Assembly: GCA_002633005.1 (NCBI GenBank) | Contig: NMRA01000336.1 | Coordinates: 81,268-145,267 of the forward strand | Direction: 5' to 3' | From: Phoronis australis | Taxonomy: Eukaryota > Animalia > Phoronida | DNA length: 64,000 bases | Shown: in pieces, positions 23,901-36,228 of the stretch | Layout of the letters: each line of letters starts with the position of its first letter | Position numbering within the stretch: the first letter of the stretch is position 1 | The notes under the pieces: model-generated | Told to the model about the DNA's origin: nothing | Databases searched by the model: none | The model's input: only the letters and a program-made list of their open reading frames with translations | Program-made: the position numbers and the translations under genes

Positions 23901-24844
23901 ATTGTCTGATTCTTCAAGTACTTGAGTATAAGTGCCCGTATCCACTCTCCTCTCTGTCGGCATAATAATTGTCCAATTCTCGCCTAATATTGTCATTGTC
24001 TTCTGACCTGCAGTGTTCCGACATTGCAAATGATTGTCAAGCGGCCAACCGTCTTCCACCCATTGCATCATTTGGCGGGAAACTTAGAAATAAGTAATTT
24101 TTCTTCAAAATTAAAAAAGTTGCCACTATTTGGCATAAAAAGTGCCTATTTAGCAAGATTTTATGGTATTCGATTCATATTAGCTAACTGAAACCTGAAA
24201 AAGTAAGAAAATGCATGGTGGGAACTCTTTAAGCGGTTACCTCTTGGGTTGATTTAGCTTAATTTTTAACCCTTTTTGATAATTGTATGGCAGGGACACG
24301 TACTCCACCATTGAAATTGCCTGGCATTTAACAGTTGTGCCATGTACAGTGATGCTGAACATCGTGCAATTAGTTTCAAACGGTTACCTGGTGGGTTCAT
24401 CTAGCTCAACTCAGGTATTTGGGCGTGTCTGACGCGGCTAACCCACCACTAGGTTTGTCTGGCTGTGTTCATTCGTGATACCTGGGCTCACGGTGAATAT
24501 TTTGCAACTGGTTTCACGCGGTTACCTCTTTGATTGATCTAGCTCAATTTTTTCACCTTGTTTATAACCGTCTGGCTGATACTCCCCTCCACTGAAATTG
24601 TCTGGCAGTGACCAATTTTGATACATTGGATTACGGAGGAGGTTTCCAAGGCGGTTTGAAGTGGTTATCAGAAAAGTTGATCTAGCTCAATTTTTGAGTG
24701 TCATTCTCTTGGCTCCCCTGACCACACCCACCAAAGCGAACCTGCCAGACGACCATTTCCAAGCATAAGGATACCCACAGAGCACTGTGGCACCAAAGAA
24801 AATTGGTTACCTTTTCATGCCCAAAAGAGTTGTGGGATCCCGGT
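20973..24844. mobile_element. About 3.9-kb foldback-like DNA transposon with long (about 600 bp) modular TIRs
   Basis: ACCGGGATCCCA...GGGCATGAAAAGGTAACC at the left end is inverted at 24803-24844; the arms carry repeated GAGCTAGATCAA-like modules; contains the N gap. Confidence 0.85.
23484..23808. other. Assembly gap (325 N)
   Basis: Run of n. Confidence 1.
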
Positions 24845-25090
24845 CTATAACGCTCTTCAGGTGTGTGACTTAGGCTCGTTTAAGCTCACTTAACGGCATT
24901 AGAATTAACTTAATGTATCTTGTAAATATTATGAGTCGGAGTAATCATTTCTGACATGAATAATTACGGGGTTCACAGTTTACCACTTCGAGTGCACTTA
25001 TGGCAGGCTCAGGACACAACTGTCGCTGTGGTTTCCCTTTTTGCTATGTGAGTAACACTGCGCAAAAATTCTGAGCAAAAACTAACTTAC

Positions 25091-25280
25091 TATTTTATGC
25101 GTGTATGTGTCAGTTTCGTCTTTCTGTTGGACATCTCTAGCTCTGCGAATACCTGTGGAAAACTGTACGCCCATTTGTTTGCCGAGCACTTGATCTCAAA
25201 CGAGTCACCTTCCTTCACTTTTCTAGGTGATATATCGAGCTCAATGCCATCAGTTCCATTTGCCTCCGTCGAGAAGATAT
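25091..25280 (-). CDS. Exon 14 (1-2): Ig D6, first half
   Basis: Acceptor ttataAG, donor GTAAGT; DIFSTEANGTDGIELDISPRKVKEGDSFEIKCSANKWAYSFPQ..., D6-like 'EGD....C.A.K..Y'. Confidence 0.85.
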
Positions 25281-26133
25281 CTTATAACATAGGAGGCATC
25301 AAATGTGATTTAAATGATATAAATCAATACTGGATTTTAAAACTATTTTAAATACACGTTTATTACAAATGTTGACGAGATGCCTCGTACCAAAGGACTA
25401 GAGCCATTCCTAAAGTTCAATGCTCATAGTGAACAGTATTAGTTTCATCCGTTATTCAACAATACAAGTGGCGATCCCATCATCGCTTGAACCTGCCACT
25501 GTCTAGGGGCCAATGTGTGACCATTGACTGCTAAAGTGGGTGACTTACTCGCCAAACATTAATGGGATTTTGCGTTTTACTAACGTGTGCGGACCTACTT
25601 ACAAAATATTAGGAAACTATGCTTTTTATATCGATTACTCCTCTGCCTGCACAGCAAAGAAGGGACATCCCACTAAACTATAGCCCCATGAATTAATTAA
25701 GATATTTCTGTTTGCAACCCTGTGTATCCTCAAGGCAAAACCAATAAACTACAGCAAATAGTGTTTACTTTCAAATATTCGTGCAATGTTGAAAGAGCAC
25801 CAAATTTGAAATGGATTTGGAGCAAATGAGGACATACAACAAAACAGGTAATTAAGAAAAATCATCATGGGCACACTTTGCCGACAATGAGTTCGCGGAA
25901 CTAAAACATAACTTTGAGTTCCATCACGAACCAAAAACGCCAGCTGATTACACGGATACAAAGAGACGCCATATGCGCAATGGGTGTTTTTCAAAACTAT
26001 CATCGACATTGTGGACTCACAGTGTTCCATCACAATTTAAGTTTTTGCCTGTTCATCAACATGGCATCGTGCTGCTGATACCACGTATTTACATGTTCAG
26101 TTTTTATTTACTCAACCCAATGAAATCACTTAC

Positions 26134-26445
26134 CATTTACCAGAATGTGCACAGTAGTGTTGACATTTTCAATATATTTGTTTCTCAGGAAGTAAAGAAG
26201 GATACCAGAGTCAACGGCCTTAAATTCTACTATATTAGGCGTCGTTGTGAAGTTGTTCTTTGATATGTAAACACTTGACCATGAAATCTTCGAAGAAATC
26301 TGGCATGGGCTCACTACGCATGGTTGCCAGAACCAGAAGGTTTCGAACACGTGTGGTATTGTCGTGTGTACGCTGAACACAAGTCTGTACCGCCCGCCCT
26401 TCGCGTATAGACGGTGTGCACCGACTACGGAGACTTCTGGTGGTT
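26134..26445 (-). CDS. Exon 13 (1-1): Ig D5
   Basis: Acceptor ttttgtaAG, donor GTAAGT; EPPEVSVVGAHRLYAKGGRYRLVFSVHTTIPHVFETFWFWQPCVVSPC...DSGILLYFLRNKYIENVNTTVHILVN, with the 'W.WQPC' VEGFR/PVR D5 signature. Confidence 0.88.
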
Positions 26446-26874
26446 CTTACAAAACAAGAAACGAGTGACAAATTGGTAAAAACATAGTCACTGAAATTCA
26501 AAACCCTCACTCCAAATTTTGCAAGATCGTTATAACACTGTAATTTCAAAAAGCCTAGATATCAGATCTAAACTTTTGGTACCATACTGTGAGACTTCAA
26601 TGATCTATATTTGTAAATATATGTAGCGTTATACCAAAACTGTCGCAACAGCGAATGTGCAAACCTCAATGCGCATGCTCCACACCAGTTCCTCTCTATT
26701 TTATTCTAGGATAGTATCATGCCTAGCAACAGCGTGAGAGTTTCTATGCGGAAGAGATTATTATACTTAGCTGCCGTTTTCAATTATTAAGAAAAATGTT
26801 ACAAATTCTCAGTATCTTATAAAAATTATAATTTTTAAAATTTGTACAATCCAAGACATGTGCTTATAGTTTAC

Positions 26875-28207
26875 CTGGCCCGGTTTCCAATCTCCGTACT
26901 CAGACTCGAATCTATTCAAATTCACATCGTGTTCATACTCACCGCACTTCATTGCCGCCAATTTTTAAAGTCTTGCTTACTACGATTCCTGGCAACTGGC
27001 GAATGCTAATCCCATGTCAATGAGTCATTACAAAGGGTCAAAAGCAGCTGTGGGGTGGGGATTGCCGTGATTGAAGTGCGTGTGCAACAGTTTGTACTGT
27101 TCGTCCTAAAGACGAAAAAAGTTAAAAAAAAACAATTTGCTTCCCTGTCAGATTTCACATCATAGTTTAGTAATCGATAATTCCTCAATCCCCGAATGAT
27201 ATTCCAGATTTTGTTCGCCGATTGATGAGTAGACGTCTCCTCCCGTTCACTGATGAACTCTGAATGCCTGTTTTTAACGCGCCAAATGTCAACTAACTTG
27301 ATACATCCCGCTATTTGCAAAGATACAGCAGGCCCTATCAAAGTTTTGACGTCAACGTAGGCCTTCACGGCAATGGGTTCTATGCAAGAGAGAACAGGGG
27401 TTGTCTAGTAACCAAACAATTGCCGCCCAAAAATGGGCTGACGTGGACAACCGGTTTACTAGAGAAAAGGTTGGCAATTAAGGTACAAACTTTTGAAATT
27501 CGACCTCCCGTCAAAGAAAATGTGCAATTCGAACTCTCCCTTAAAAATATTGTTTGCAGGCCTGTGATATGGTACCCGACTCCCGTACCAGGATCACCGG
27601 CCCACTACTGCATTAATGAAAAAGATAATTTCAATATGCCGACAATCGTTTATGTGACCATGACAATTTTAGGAGTAAATGAGTCAAGTGTAAGGGAGAA
27701 TGCCCCCTGACTAAATCGGACACTGAGATTTTGGCTGCTCCGCTCCGGGCGACTGACTTTCTTTGATAAGCTGTTTCAAATTTCTTGAGACATTTTGCGG
27801 CGGGAGATAAGGAACTCAAGAAGTAAAGCTTAATAATTGGCAAATGTATCAAAAAATCATTTGGTAGAAGAATATAGTATTGAAACTGAAAAAATGAATA
27901 ACAGTTACAGAACACTCAACATTCTACGTTATAATCTTGTAATTGTGGCGAGAGCTGACGATAACAGTTGCTAGGGTAGTCGATGCGAACATAGGGAGCG
28001 CTGAATCAGCGCGACTTTTCGTGGTTTTGGCATTTCACATCATAACTGAAGAGTTCCATGGCAACTCGAGTACGATTATCAGATTTGAGTACGTTTGGAG
28101 TCTACTGAAAATGCGACATTAAATGCGCTTTTTCGAGTACGACTCCAGTGAGCACGATTTTGAGAATGAGTATGAGCCTGAGTACGGAGATTGCAGACCG
28201 GGCCCCG
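26875..28207. mobile_element. Non-autonomous TIR element, copy 1 (hAT-like ends)
   Basis: GGCCCGGTTTCCAATCTCCGTACTCAG ... CTGAGTACGGAGATTGCAGACCGGGCC; internal sequence shared with 62610-64000. Confidence 0.8.
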
Positions 28208-29116
28208 GAGTCACAGTCGACGGAGGTGGGGTGCGGCAACGGTGAGTTTATTCATGTCCAAAACATTTCTATAATAAAATACAGTTGTATGCTTCCTGCA
28301 CTAGTTATTCATTTAATATCAATTTTTTGATAAGAAATCAAATAAAATAACTTTATTGACCGCTTCTGTGCTAAACATTCGTTAGAACAACACCCGGCAA
28401 CACTGTACACAATCGATTGTCAAGCGACAGAGGCATACATTTCCCATAATGCAACTGCGGCGGCAAATTCAAATATGGCGGATTTGCACTTTCGCTACTC
28501 CACAAACTGTCGCAATCCTTAATTTCCTGCAGTCTGTTGAAAATCTTCGAAACACAAACTGCCGTTGCGACATTTCGCATATGTAAATTATTGCCACGTG
28601 TTAGTACTTAAGTCATCCCTCTCAACATCACAGTTTCCGGCAACCTCGCCACACTCTCAGAGTCTGGTTAGTTATCCCCTTCATAGTAATCACCGTTGAA
28701 TTGCTTTACGAAACCTTTCGTCACGTTTTCCCCGTGGGTAGTTGGGCGCAGATCGATATTAACCGATGGTAATAGATTGTGTTGCGATGATTGACTGAAC
28801 GTTCACAAGTCTAATCAAACGTTTAGAAGAGGAAACGAACGACGACATCCGTTGGAAAATAAGTAACCAAGTGGCTTTGGTGATGGATTCATAAAAGATC
28901 ATTGGGTCAATACGAGTTTTAATAAGTTTAAGTTGAAAGTTTTCACTCAGAGACAACAAGAGGTAGTCAAATGAAAAATTTAACTTTTAAAAATACTTTA
29001 CAAAATTCTAGTGACTTAATTTAAATGATGATGTGGATAGAAACGAGTAACCTGGTTGTTTGTTATGGCAGCGTTTTTTCCCATAAAATGTGATGTACTC
29101 AGTAATAATTAAAATG

Positions 29117-29362
29117 CATGCACGCACCCAGCCTTCGATTTGGGGGGAGGCTCGAATTTCTCACGTTGTGGACCTTTTGGTAACAAAAAGGCGTGCGTAC
29201 TAAAAAAAAACGGGGGCACCACTGTGCGTTTGTGCCTGTTTAGTGGACTTTTATCTCATTCTCTCGGACTTCTTGTTTCTCAGTGGCGGACCTTTTTGCC
29301 CACTTCGCCAAATGGGGGGCTCGTTCGAGCCCCCGAGCCCCCCCCCCCTGGGTGCGCGCATG
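29117..29362. mobile_element. MITE; related copy at about 42434-42639
   Basis: CATGCACGCACCCAG ... CTGGGTGCGCGCATG inverted ends; shared 'gtggaccttt' and 'gcggacctttt..cccacttcgcc' internal motifs. Confidence 0.65.
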
Positions 29363-29759
29363 AAATATATACCACACATGTACAATAAATGCACATGCAA
29401 GACGTGAAATAACTGGTCTACTGACAAATAACTACTGACAAATAATGTCTTGTGTTATGGACTACTTTCTCTGCACTGGATGACTGTCTCGGAATTCCCA
29501 TTTATCTGGGTTAATGACAGTGGATTAACAGAAAAAACAAACCGAAAATTCTACGTTTACCGACAGAATATAATTTAAAATAGAATCGAAACTAAGCTAA
29601 TACATATATTGCAATCATGCTTCACAGTAAATACCAAAACTTTAAGTAAAATAACGCAATATGAAGCAAGAATGATCCGACAAAAGTTTTTGATCGACGC
29701 AAGTCATAAATGAAATCTAGGTCACTCGTTCGGCGAACTCATTATTGGGAAGGCGACAA

Positions 29760-30125
29760 GACTGTGAACAGTTTTACATTGGAATGAAGAACACGGTAAA
29801 GACACACACAGTGCTGTTTTCAATCATTCCATGACAACTGGTCACACTACTGATTGCTCTTGTATTCAGATCCTAGACAAGGATAATGCAACCCTCAGGC
29901 TCCTCATCAAGGAGGCTACGCATGTATGGTTGAATCATGGTGAGCGTTACCTCAATAGAAACATTGGTTCATTTAAGCTCCAACTGTTTTGATTTCTGGT
30001 CTCTCCCCCCTCACAATGCATGTTGACGTGTATCTGTGCAGTCTCTTCTCTACCTGTGTCGCCTGTTTTGAGTCTGTGAACTTTTTCCTTGACAATGGTT
30101 TAGAGAAATAAACCAAAACGTTGGA
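29760..30125 (+). mobile_element. Penelope-like element remnant (GIY-YIG)
   Basis: DCEQFYIG / EEHGKDTHSAVFNHSMTTGHTTDCSCIQILDKDNATLRLLIKEATHV...LNRNIG, followed by a degenerate hammerhead-like segment near 30088-30123. Confidence 0.8.
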
Positions 30126-30803
30126 TAGATATGTCGTTATTTACTTACGCGCTAAGTTTAAAGTTCGTGCTTCTGTTCTGGCCTAAATCAAATGTGATCG
30201 AAGGCCACAATACTCGTTCACCGGTTCAGACACAAAGATTTGCATTTTTACAAATCAAAATAAAAGAGCTAAATAAGCTTCACACATTCTGGACATCGGA
30301 AGCGAATTCAGTGATTCTGTACATGTAGCTAAAGACTTTTCGCCACGAGTGGACGCTTACGTCTTGCTGTCTATATTGAACTCAACCCAGATTAAAAGAA
30401 CTTTGGGTATGATGAATTGTTTATACATATTACAAGAGTAACGTGGAGCGTTGCTATGCAACCACCGTGTGTATCCCTTAAAGCGCAGATACATTGGATA
30501 TTCATTTTGAACATCCTCACTAAAGGTAGCAATACTAATAAGCTTAAAATAGCAATGCTCTCTTTCATCGGAACATTCCTTCTGCCCTTCGTAATGCAGT
30601 TTGGAGGATAAAGAGGCGGGCAACAAAGAACATAACAAAAACAAAAAAAAGTCACCACGAAAAATAACCACTTTGACTGACACATTAATAGAATACTGTG
30701 TTTAAAAAATGCGGCTTTAGCTTGCCTGATCAGGAATTCACTCGTTTTCAAAGAAATACACAATGCTATACATTCACTGTACAGTTGTAATTAAACTTCT
30801 CAC

Positions 30804-30931
30804 CAATATACTTCAGTTCCTTGTGTGCGATCACTTTCAGGTCACCTGGTCTTAAAATCGTTAGAAAGTAAATGCCGTCGTCTTCTTGTCCAGGGTTATT
30901 GATAATCAAACTTGCACTCCTTTGATCGTGC
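30804..30931 (-). CDS. Exon 12 (2-1): Ig D4, second half, Cys-less (copy A)
   Basis: Acceptor ctgtAG, donor GTGAGA; HDQRSASLIINNPGQEDDGIYFLTILRPGDLKVIAHKELKYI; 128 nt. Confidence 0.88.
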
Positions 30932-31292
30932 CTACAGCAGAAACAAACTATTGAAGAGGCATGGAACGCAAAGTAACACTCGTAAAAATATCTTAAGCAG
31001 AACGTGTTGAATGTACTTCTTGTGGATGCTCAAGTGAGAGTTATTCACTTTGAATATTGCAAGAATTTCTGGAAAAATCGTCAGATTCACTATTTTTGAA
31101 AGACAGACGAAATAAAACTCATTCATTGCAATACAGTTCTCAAATTCTCCGCCTCATTATACACGCACGCATGAGCTCAAAGAAATCGAGTTGGCTGCTG
31201 TTTAAAATCTCCATTGTTTTGTTAACGTTAAAGGCTGAAGATCAAATTCTCCAAATGACGGAAATGTGTTACGCCTATGTCTTGCCATACCA

Positions 31293-31582
31293 GTTGACCT
31301 ATCGTAAGCTCCGCCTCCTTGAGAAATAAGTTTTACCCGGCAAGGTGTTGCTTATGGGGCAAAATGGCGGGCTTGGAAACGAAGGTTTGTCAAGAATGCT
31401 GCGTTCTGATTGGTCAACTGACCTATCGCCACGATTTTGAGTGATGGCTTTACTGACCAATTAGAAGGCAGCATTCTTGACACACCGTCTTCATTTTACC
31501 CGTGAAACAATACGTTATCGGGTAAAACTTATTGTTTGTTTGTCGACATTTCGCTGGGTGGCGGAGCTTGCGATAGCTCACT
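31293..31582. mobile_element. Palindromic MITE; partial relative at 33890-34022
   Basis: GACCTATCGTAAGCTCCGCC ... GGCGGAGCTTGCGATAGCTC, with internal inverted GTCAAGAATGCTGC / GCAGCATTCTTGAC. Confidence 0.7.
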
Positions 31583-31914
31583 TGACGAGAGGTGCTTTAC
31601 GTGCGATAGAAAAATCAACGAAGTAACGAGCAGTTGACAGGTCGTCTTTGGAAATTTGAAACTAAAAGAAAAATGCTTTGACATTAATACAAGTTCAATA
31701 TCTTTACAAACAAATCATAAAAAATACCTGGTGAACAGTTTGCCATGCGTTTCAGTGGCAGAGAAGTACTTTGAGTAATGCAATTTAGGCTGTTTTTCAC
31801 GTCGTATGCCATTTTAAATCCAAAATAACGAGACAGCTATGAGTGTTCATGTAGGATTCTATTTGATTTCATAACATTTTTACATGGGTGTGGCTTTGTT
31901 GTATAAGCGAGCCA

Positions 31915-32205
31915 CCGCTGCCGCTGTTCCTATTGCCGCCACTAACGCAGGTGTTGGTGTCGTTTTTCATCACAAGGTCCTGATTTGGTAGTACACGGGA
32001 GACCAAATCTCATTGCTGCGTCCGCTGTCGCCGCCACTGCTGTTGCTGCACATTTTGTTGCTGCTGTTGCTGCTGTATCTGCTACAGACACCGCGGCTGT
32101 TGCTGATGTTGCTGCACGTACTGCTGCCACCGTGACTGCTGCTACCACAGCCTCTGATTATTTTCCAACCCTTCCTGCTGCTGTTGCAATTGCCCATGCC
32201 GCTGA
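31915..32205. repeat. Degenerate (GCT/CAG)n low-complexity tract
   Basis: Dense gctgct/gttgct triplets. Confidence 0.85.
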
Positions 32206-34930
32206 TTGTTTTTGGCCCCCCTAACGCAAACACAGCTGTTGTAAATTCATATTCATTGTGCAACTCTTATGCTAACACTGTTTCAACAGAAGGGGACGAG
32301 AATGTGTGCATCTTTCACCCTACAGTTTCCAACAAAGCTATAGGTATATCAAAGCCTTGATGGTGCCGCCACAGATTTAAGTGAGCTAGTCGCCATTCAT
32401 GTGCTTGGCCGAATGTGTACGGGATGAAATAATTGCTGTTGTAACCACACGACTGTTAAAGCGTGGGAGTTTAAAAGTGAAGAAATGAACAATAAGTAAG
32501 ACAAATGACTAAAATAAGAAAGTAAATATTAGCCGCCTTCCACTTTTTAAAATCGGTGCAGTATTAGAGAAACTAGCGAACCTACGTTTACTTCAGTTTC
32601 GGGACTGAGCAACAGTACACATTAATTTACTTTTACGGCAGGACGGTTTAGTCACGGTCTGGCTTAGGCACAGTCATAGCATTGGGTCACATGGTAGCAT
32701 GCGAGTTGCCTCATATCAGATATTTTAATGAAAATGCAGCAAATTACAATACTGAAACAAGTCACATTGTATCTGGACAATGTCACGCACGCACCCCTTT
32801 GGCGAAGTGGGCAAAAAGGTCTGCCTCAGAGAAACAAGAAGTCCAAGAAAACAAGACAAAAGTCCACAAAAATTCAGGGCGAATGCATAATTTATAGGTC
32901 TGAACCTAGTACCTCGTTTTTAGTCCCTTTTCTATTTTCACTAAGGGTCCACATACTGAACAATTCGAGCCCACTTATATTTTAGGCGCGCATGAATGTT
33001 GTAAGAACGCAATCACTTACGAGGTTCTGTATTTGGTGGTTTTGCTGGACAGAACAAGGGATCCCTTTCGCCATGTGTAGCTCTCTTGCCCCGGAGCACA
33101 ATGGTGATTGACCACAAATTTTAATTCGACCATCCAACCCAATGAAGTGAAATAAACCGGACCGTTGTTAGGATGTGGGAAAATTTCAATGTTACATTTG
33201 GCTGTAAATAGAAGGAATGTTTATAGGACAAATTAGTGTGAGGATGCGCAAATGTGTCACCTGAATCAGGAAAATCCCTGCTGTTGAAGCACAAGTGCTA
33301 AATACAACATATGTACACTGCTTTATGGAAACATTTTCATTCGTGATATGGGACTTGTTTCGTGAAACTTTTATTGTATCAGCTTTTACCGAAATCGGGC
33401 TGACTTAAGACCAAAACGGCTTAGCCCTGTTTCACAGAATTTCGTAAAGCCAAAATTAGGACCGAAATGGGTCTAAGCTAAGACCGAAAGTTAGGCAGCT
33501 CGAGAGTAGACTTGAGGTTAAACGCTTGGTCTATATTACCAGATTGTACAGCTACTTTACGATCATTTTAAAATATCGAAAAACAAATTTCGTTGGTATT
33601 TTTCCGAATCTAACATCAAATTAAAGATCCCCTGCTTTCGATTCAAGAACAGGCAAAGTGACGTAGACACTTAGATACACTGCTACATTGCGACTCACTT
33701 GCAAACTGATACTTTCTAGCCAATCCATGCTATCCGCACGTTATATCCAAAATTTTATATACAAATCCCTATTTAGAGCTTCAATACCAAAATTATTTTT
33801 GAAACCGTCACACCGCCAAGCTTAGTATTGTGAATCACCAACAGGAGACGAAAGCATAGTTTGTATGTTCAATTTATCAGAGCCTTACTTAATTGACCTA
33901 TCGTCAGGATTATGACTGGCGGTTTAACTGACCAATCAGAACGCAGCATTCTTGACACACTCGTCTGTGATTCCAAGCCGCCATTTTACCCGACAAACAA
34001 CACGTTGTCGGTAAAGCTTATTTTAGTATATAGCTCAAAAAATGTGGGATAAGAATTGTGAAACGGTATTGCATGTGGCGTGTGTAATTCTGACAGCCGG
34101 TATACAGCTCGAGAACAATATCTCGTCACTTTTTGGTCATTCCCTAAGCCGAAAAGTGATGTCGACTGTGTAAACACTGTAAATGATGGATCAAACTGTG
34201 TGGGCGGCTACACGAGCAGCTAAGCTTGGCAATGTTGCTGGATTACTCAAAGGTTAAATACAAATATTTCTGTTCCAAGATAAGTACATTTCACTTGATG
34301 GCTATAGCGTAACTCGTCTGGTCACATTTGTCTCGCCATCCGCTGGATCCCAGCACACGTCTAGTCTAGTGGTAAAATCCCCGTAAATTGTTGTTTTTAA
34401 GGACAATTTATTTTTCATTTATTAATTCGACCTATAATGGACATCGTTCTGTTTCGTAGCAGACGTACATTTTTTTATATTCATACACCCGTAGGCTAGC
34501 GTCCAACTGAACTTCTCACCAAAATTGACAGATTCGACCACCGGGTTCATGCAGGAACTAGGGGCACTAGCTTACTGAACTCAAAGACTCGTTCGAGCTC
34601 TTGTCACAAAAAATAAACAATTAAATTACTTTTTGTTGCGAACCACTAGTATACACTACGCCTGTAGAGTGAGGGAGGTCTCATTCCGTAGTTGTTCACA
34701 ACACGATACTTGGTTTGATGAAGTTTTAAAAAACAATTTTTGTTATTTTTTGAAATGGTCACTTTTTGTCACTACAACAGTCTTGCATTAATTTGACTTG
34801 GACACAGCCCTAGACCTACCGGAGCTAACTGTTTGCCTAGGATGAGATGAGTATGTGCCTGGTTCTTTTTAATCAAAATATTTCGCTGGAAGATTAGAAA
34901 AGTATAAACAGTGCTATCGACTCGACCTAC

Positions 34931-35123
34931 TTTAATCGGGGAATCCCATCAGTTGTGACCTGCTTTCCATTTTCGGAATTTAGCAGATGACAGAATAAAA
35001 ATATCGGCGAATCTTCACTGATTTTGTTCAAAATATCCTCAAAAATATGGCATCGGACAGATAATTCGACTTTAAGGTACCTATCCAGCTTTACATGAAC
35101 ATATCGCATTGGATTTACGCTGG
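34931..35123 (-). CDS. Exon 11 (1-2): Ig D4, first half (copy A); 5' boundary uncertain
   Basis: Open frame SVNPMRYVHVKLDRYLKVELSVRC...SENGKQVTTDGIPRLK; its end resembles exon 18 (FLNGYELSNDGVKHQVR); donor GTAGGT in phase 2 fits the next exon; the acceptor is an atypical gAG. Confidence 0.6.
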
Positions 35124-35356
35124 CTCCGAAAAACATTTCTTCGAACACTTATTTTTTCATGGTCGCGTTTACAAATTCCCAAATCATGGACGTACGATTC
35201 TCAGCTGAAAAGTATCACCTGTTGTCTTTGTAGAAGCGTTTTTTAAAGTGCCAAAAACACTCATCGATTCCACCAGGAACGTCGTTTAGCGACAATGTGT
35301 TTGCCTCTGACATTTTGTTCGTTTGTCGGGTGTCACGTAACTTTTCGCAAGGGGGC

Positions 35357-36228
35357 GCAAAAGGTACCCGCTCATCCAAAACCTTTACGGCTAACAGATG
35401 GCGCTTTTCATCAATCACGTGTCATTTTATCGCTCAAGTAAGACTGTCTGCCAGGCAAAAGGTACCCGCTCATCCAAAACCTTTACGGCTAACAGATGGC
35501 GCTTTTCATCAATCACGTGTCATTTTATCGCTCAAGTAAGACTGTCTGCCAGAGAATCTTAACCAAAAACCTTGACCTACATTCTGCTGCTGCTGACTGT
35601 AACCACAGGTCACGAGAGTTCATGAACCAGACAGTGTATGTCCTGATGAGTGGCGAATTTGTGTGGAAAAGAAATCTTTGTGTCCGACATTCCATGTTTA
35701 AAACCCCATTTGTAACAACTATTTATAACATATAATTAAGATGAAAGTGTTAATAATATACGCTGTTGTGGTTGCTCGGCCTAAACGCTGGGGTAAAATA
35801 TATATTCAATGAACGTGACCATGGTGAGGCTACTAAACCGGGCCCGGCCACTTTTCCGCCCGGCGAGATTTTGGCAACTTCACAACCATAATTTTAATTA
35901 GGTTGAAATATAACCACTTTTTTAAATTATGCTTGAATTATACATGGTGATATACATGTTAGGTTTTATTCTCTGCGATATTTTCTTTTTCGTTCAGCGT
36001 CTCGTTAGCCAACACTGAGCCCAGCAGACCGGACTGGCCGTGGCACGACACGGCAGCTGATGGTTCACCAAGTAGAAACGTCTGTATTTTATGTTCCGGC
36101 ATAACACAAGATTCAGTTCACACAAGAATGTCCCATGACTGTAAGCAGCGCTGCCTGTTAGTAAAGCATCATTGCATCCAGCGCCATCTGTTTGCCGTAA
36201 AGGTTTTGGATGAGCGGGTACCTTTTGC
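35357..36228 (+). mobile_element. 872-bp MITE with 9-bp TSD (Mutator/MULE-like), copy 1
   Basis: TIR GCAAAAGGTACCCGCTCATCCAAAACCTTTACGGC; perfect TSD CAAGGGGGC at 35348-35356 and 36229-36237. Confidence 0.9.

Noticed and set aside
23445-24071. Long ORFs of 208 and 148 aa
   Set aside because: Artefacts of the N gap.
30357-30683. 108-aa minus-strand ORF with a GTAAGC donor, as an extra exon
   Set aside because: No Ig features. Exon 30804 already joins exon 26445 in frame, and this candidate would end in phase 2 with no partner exon.
31942-32263. Ala-rich and Ser-rich ORFs
   Set aside because: By-products of the triplet low-complexity tract.
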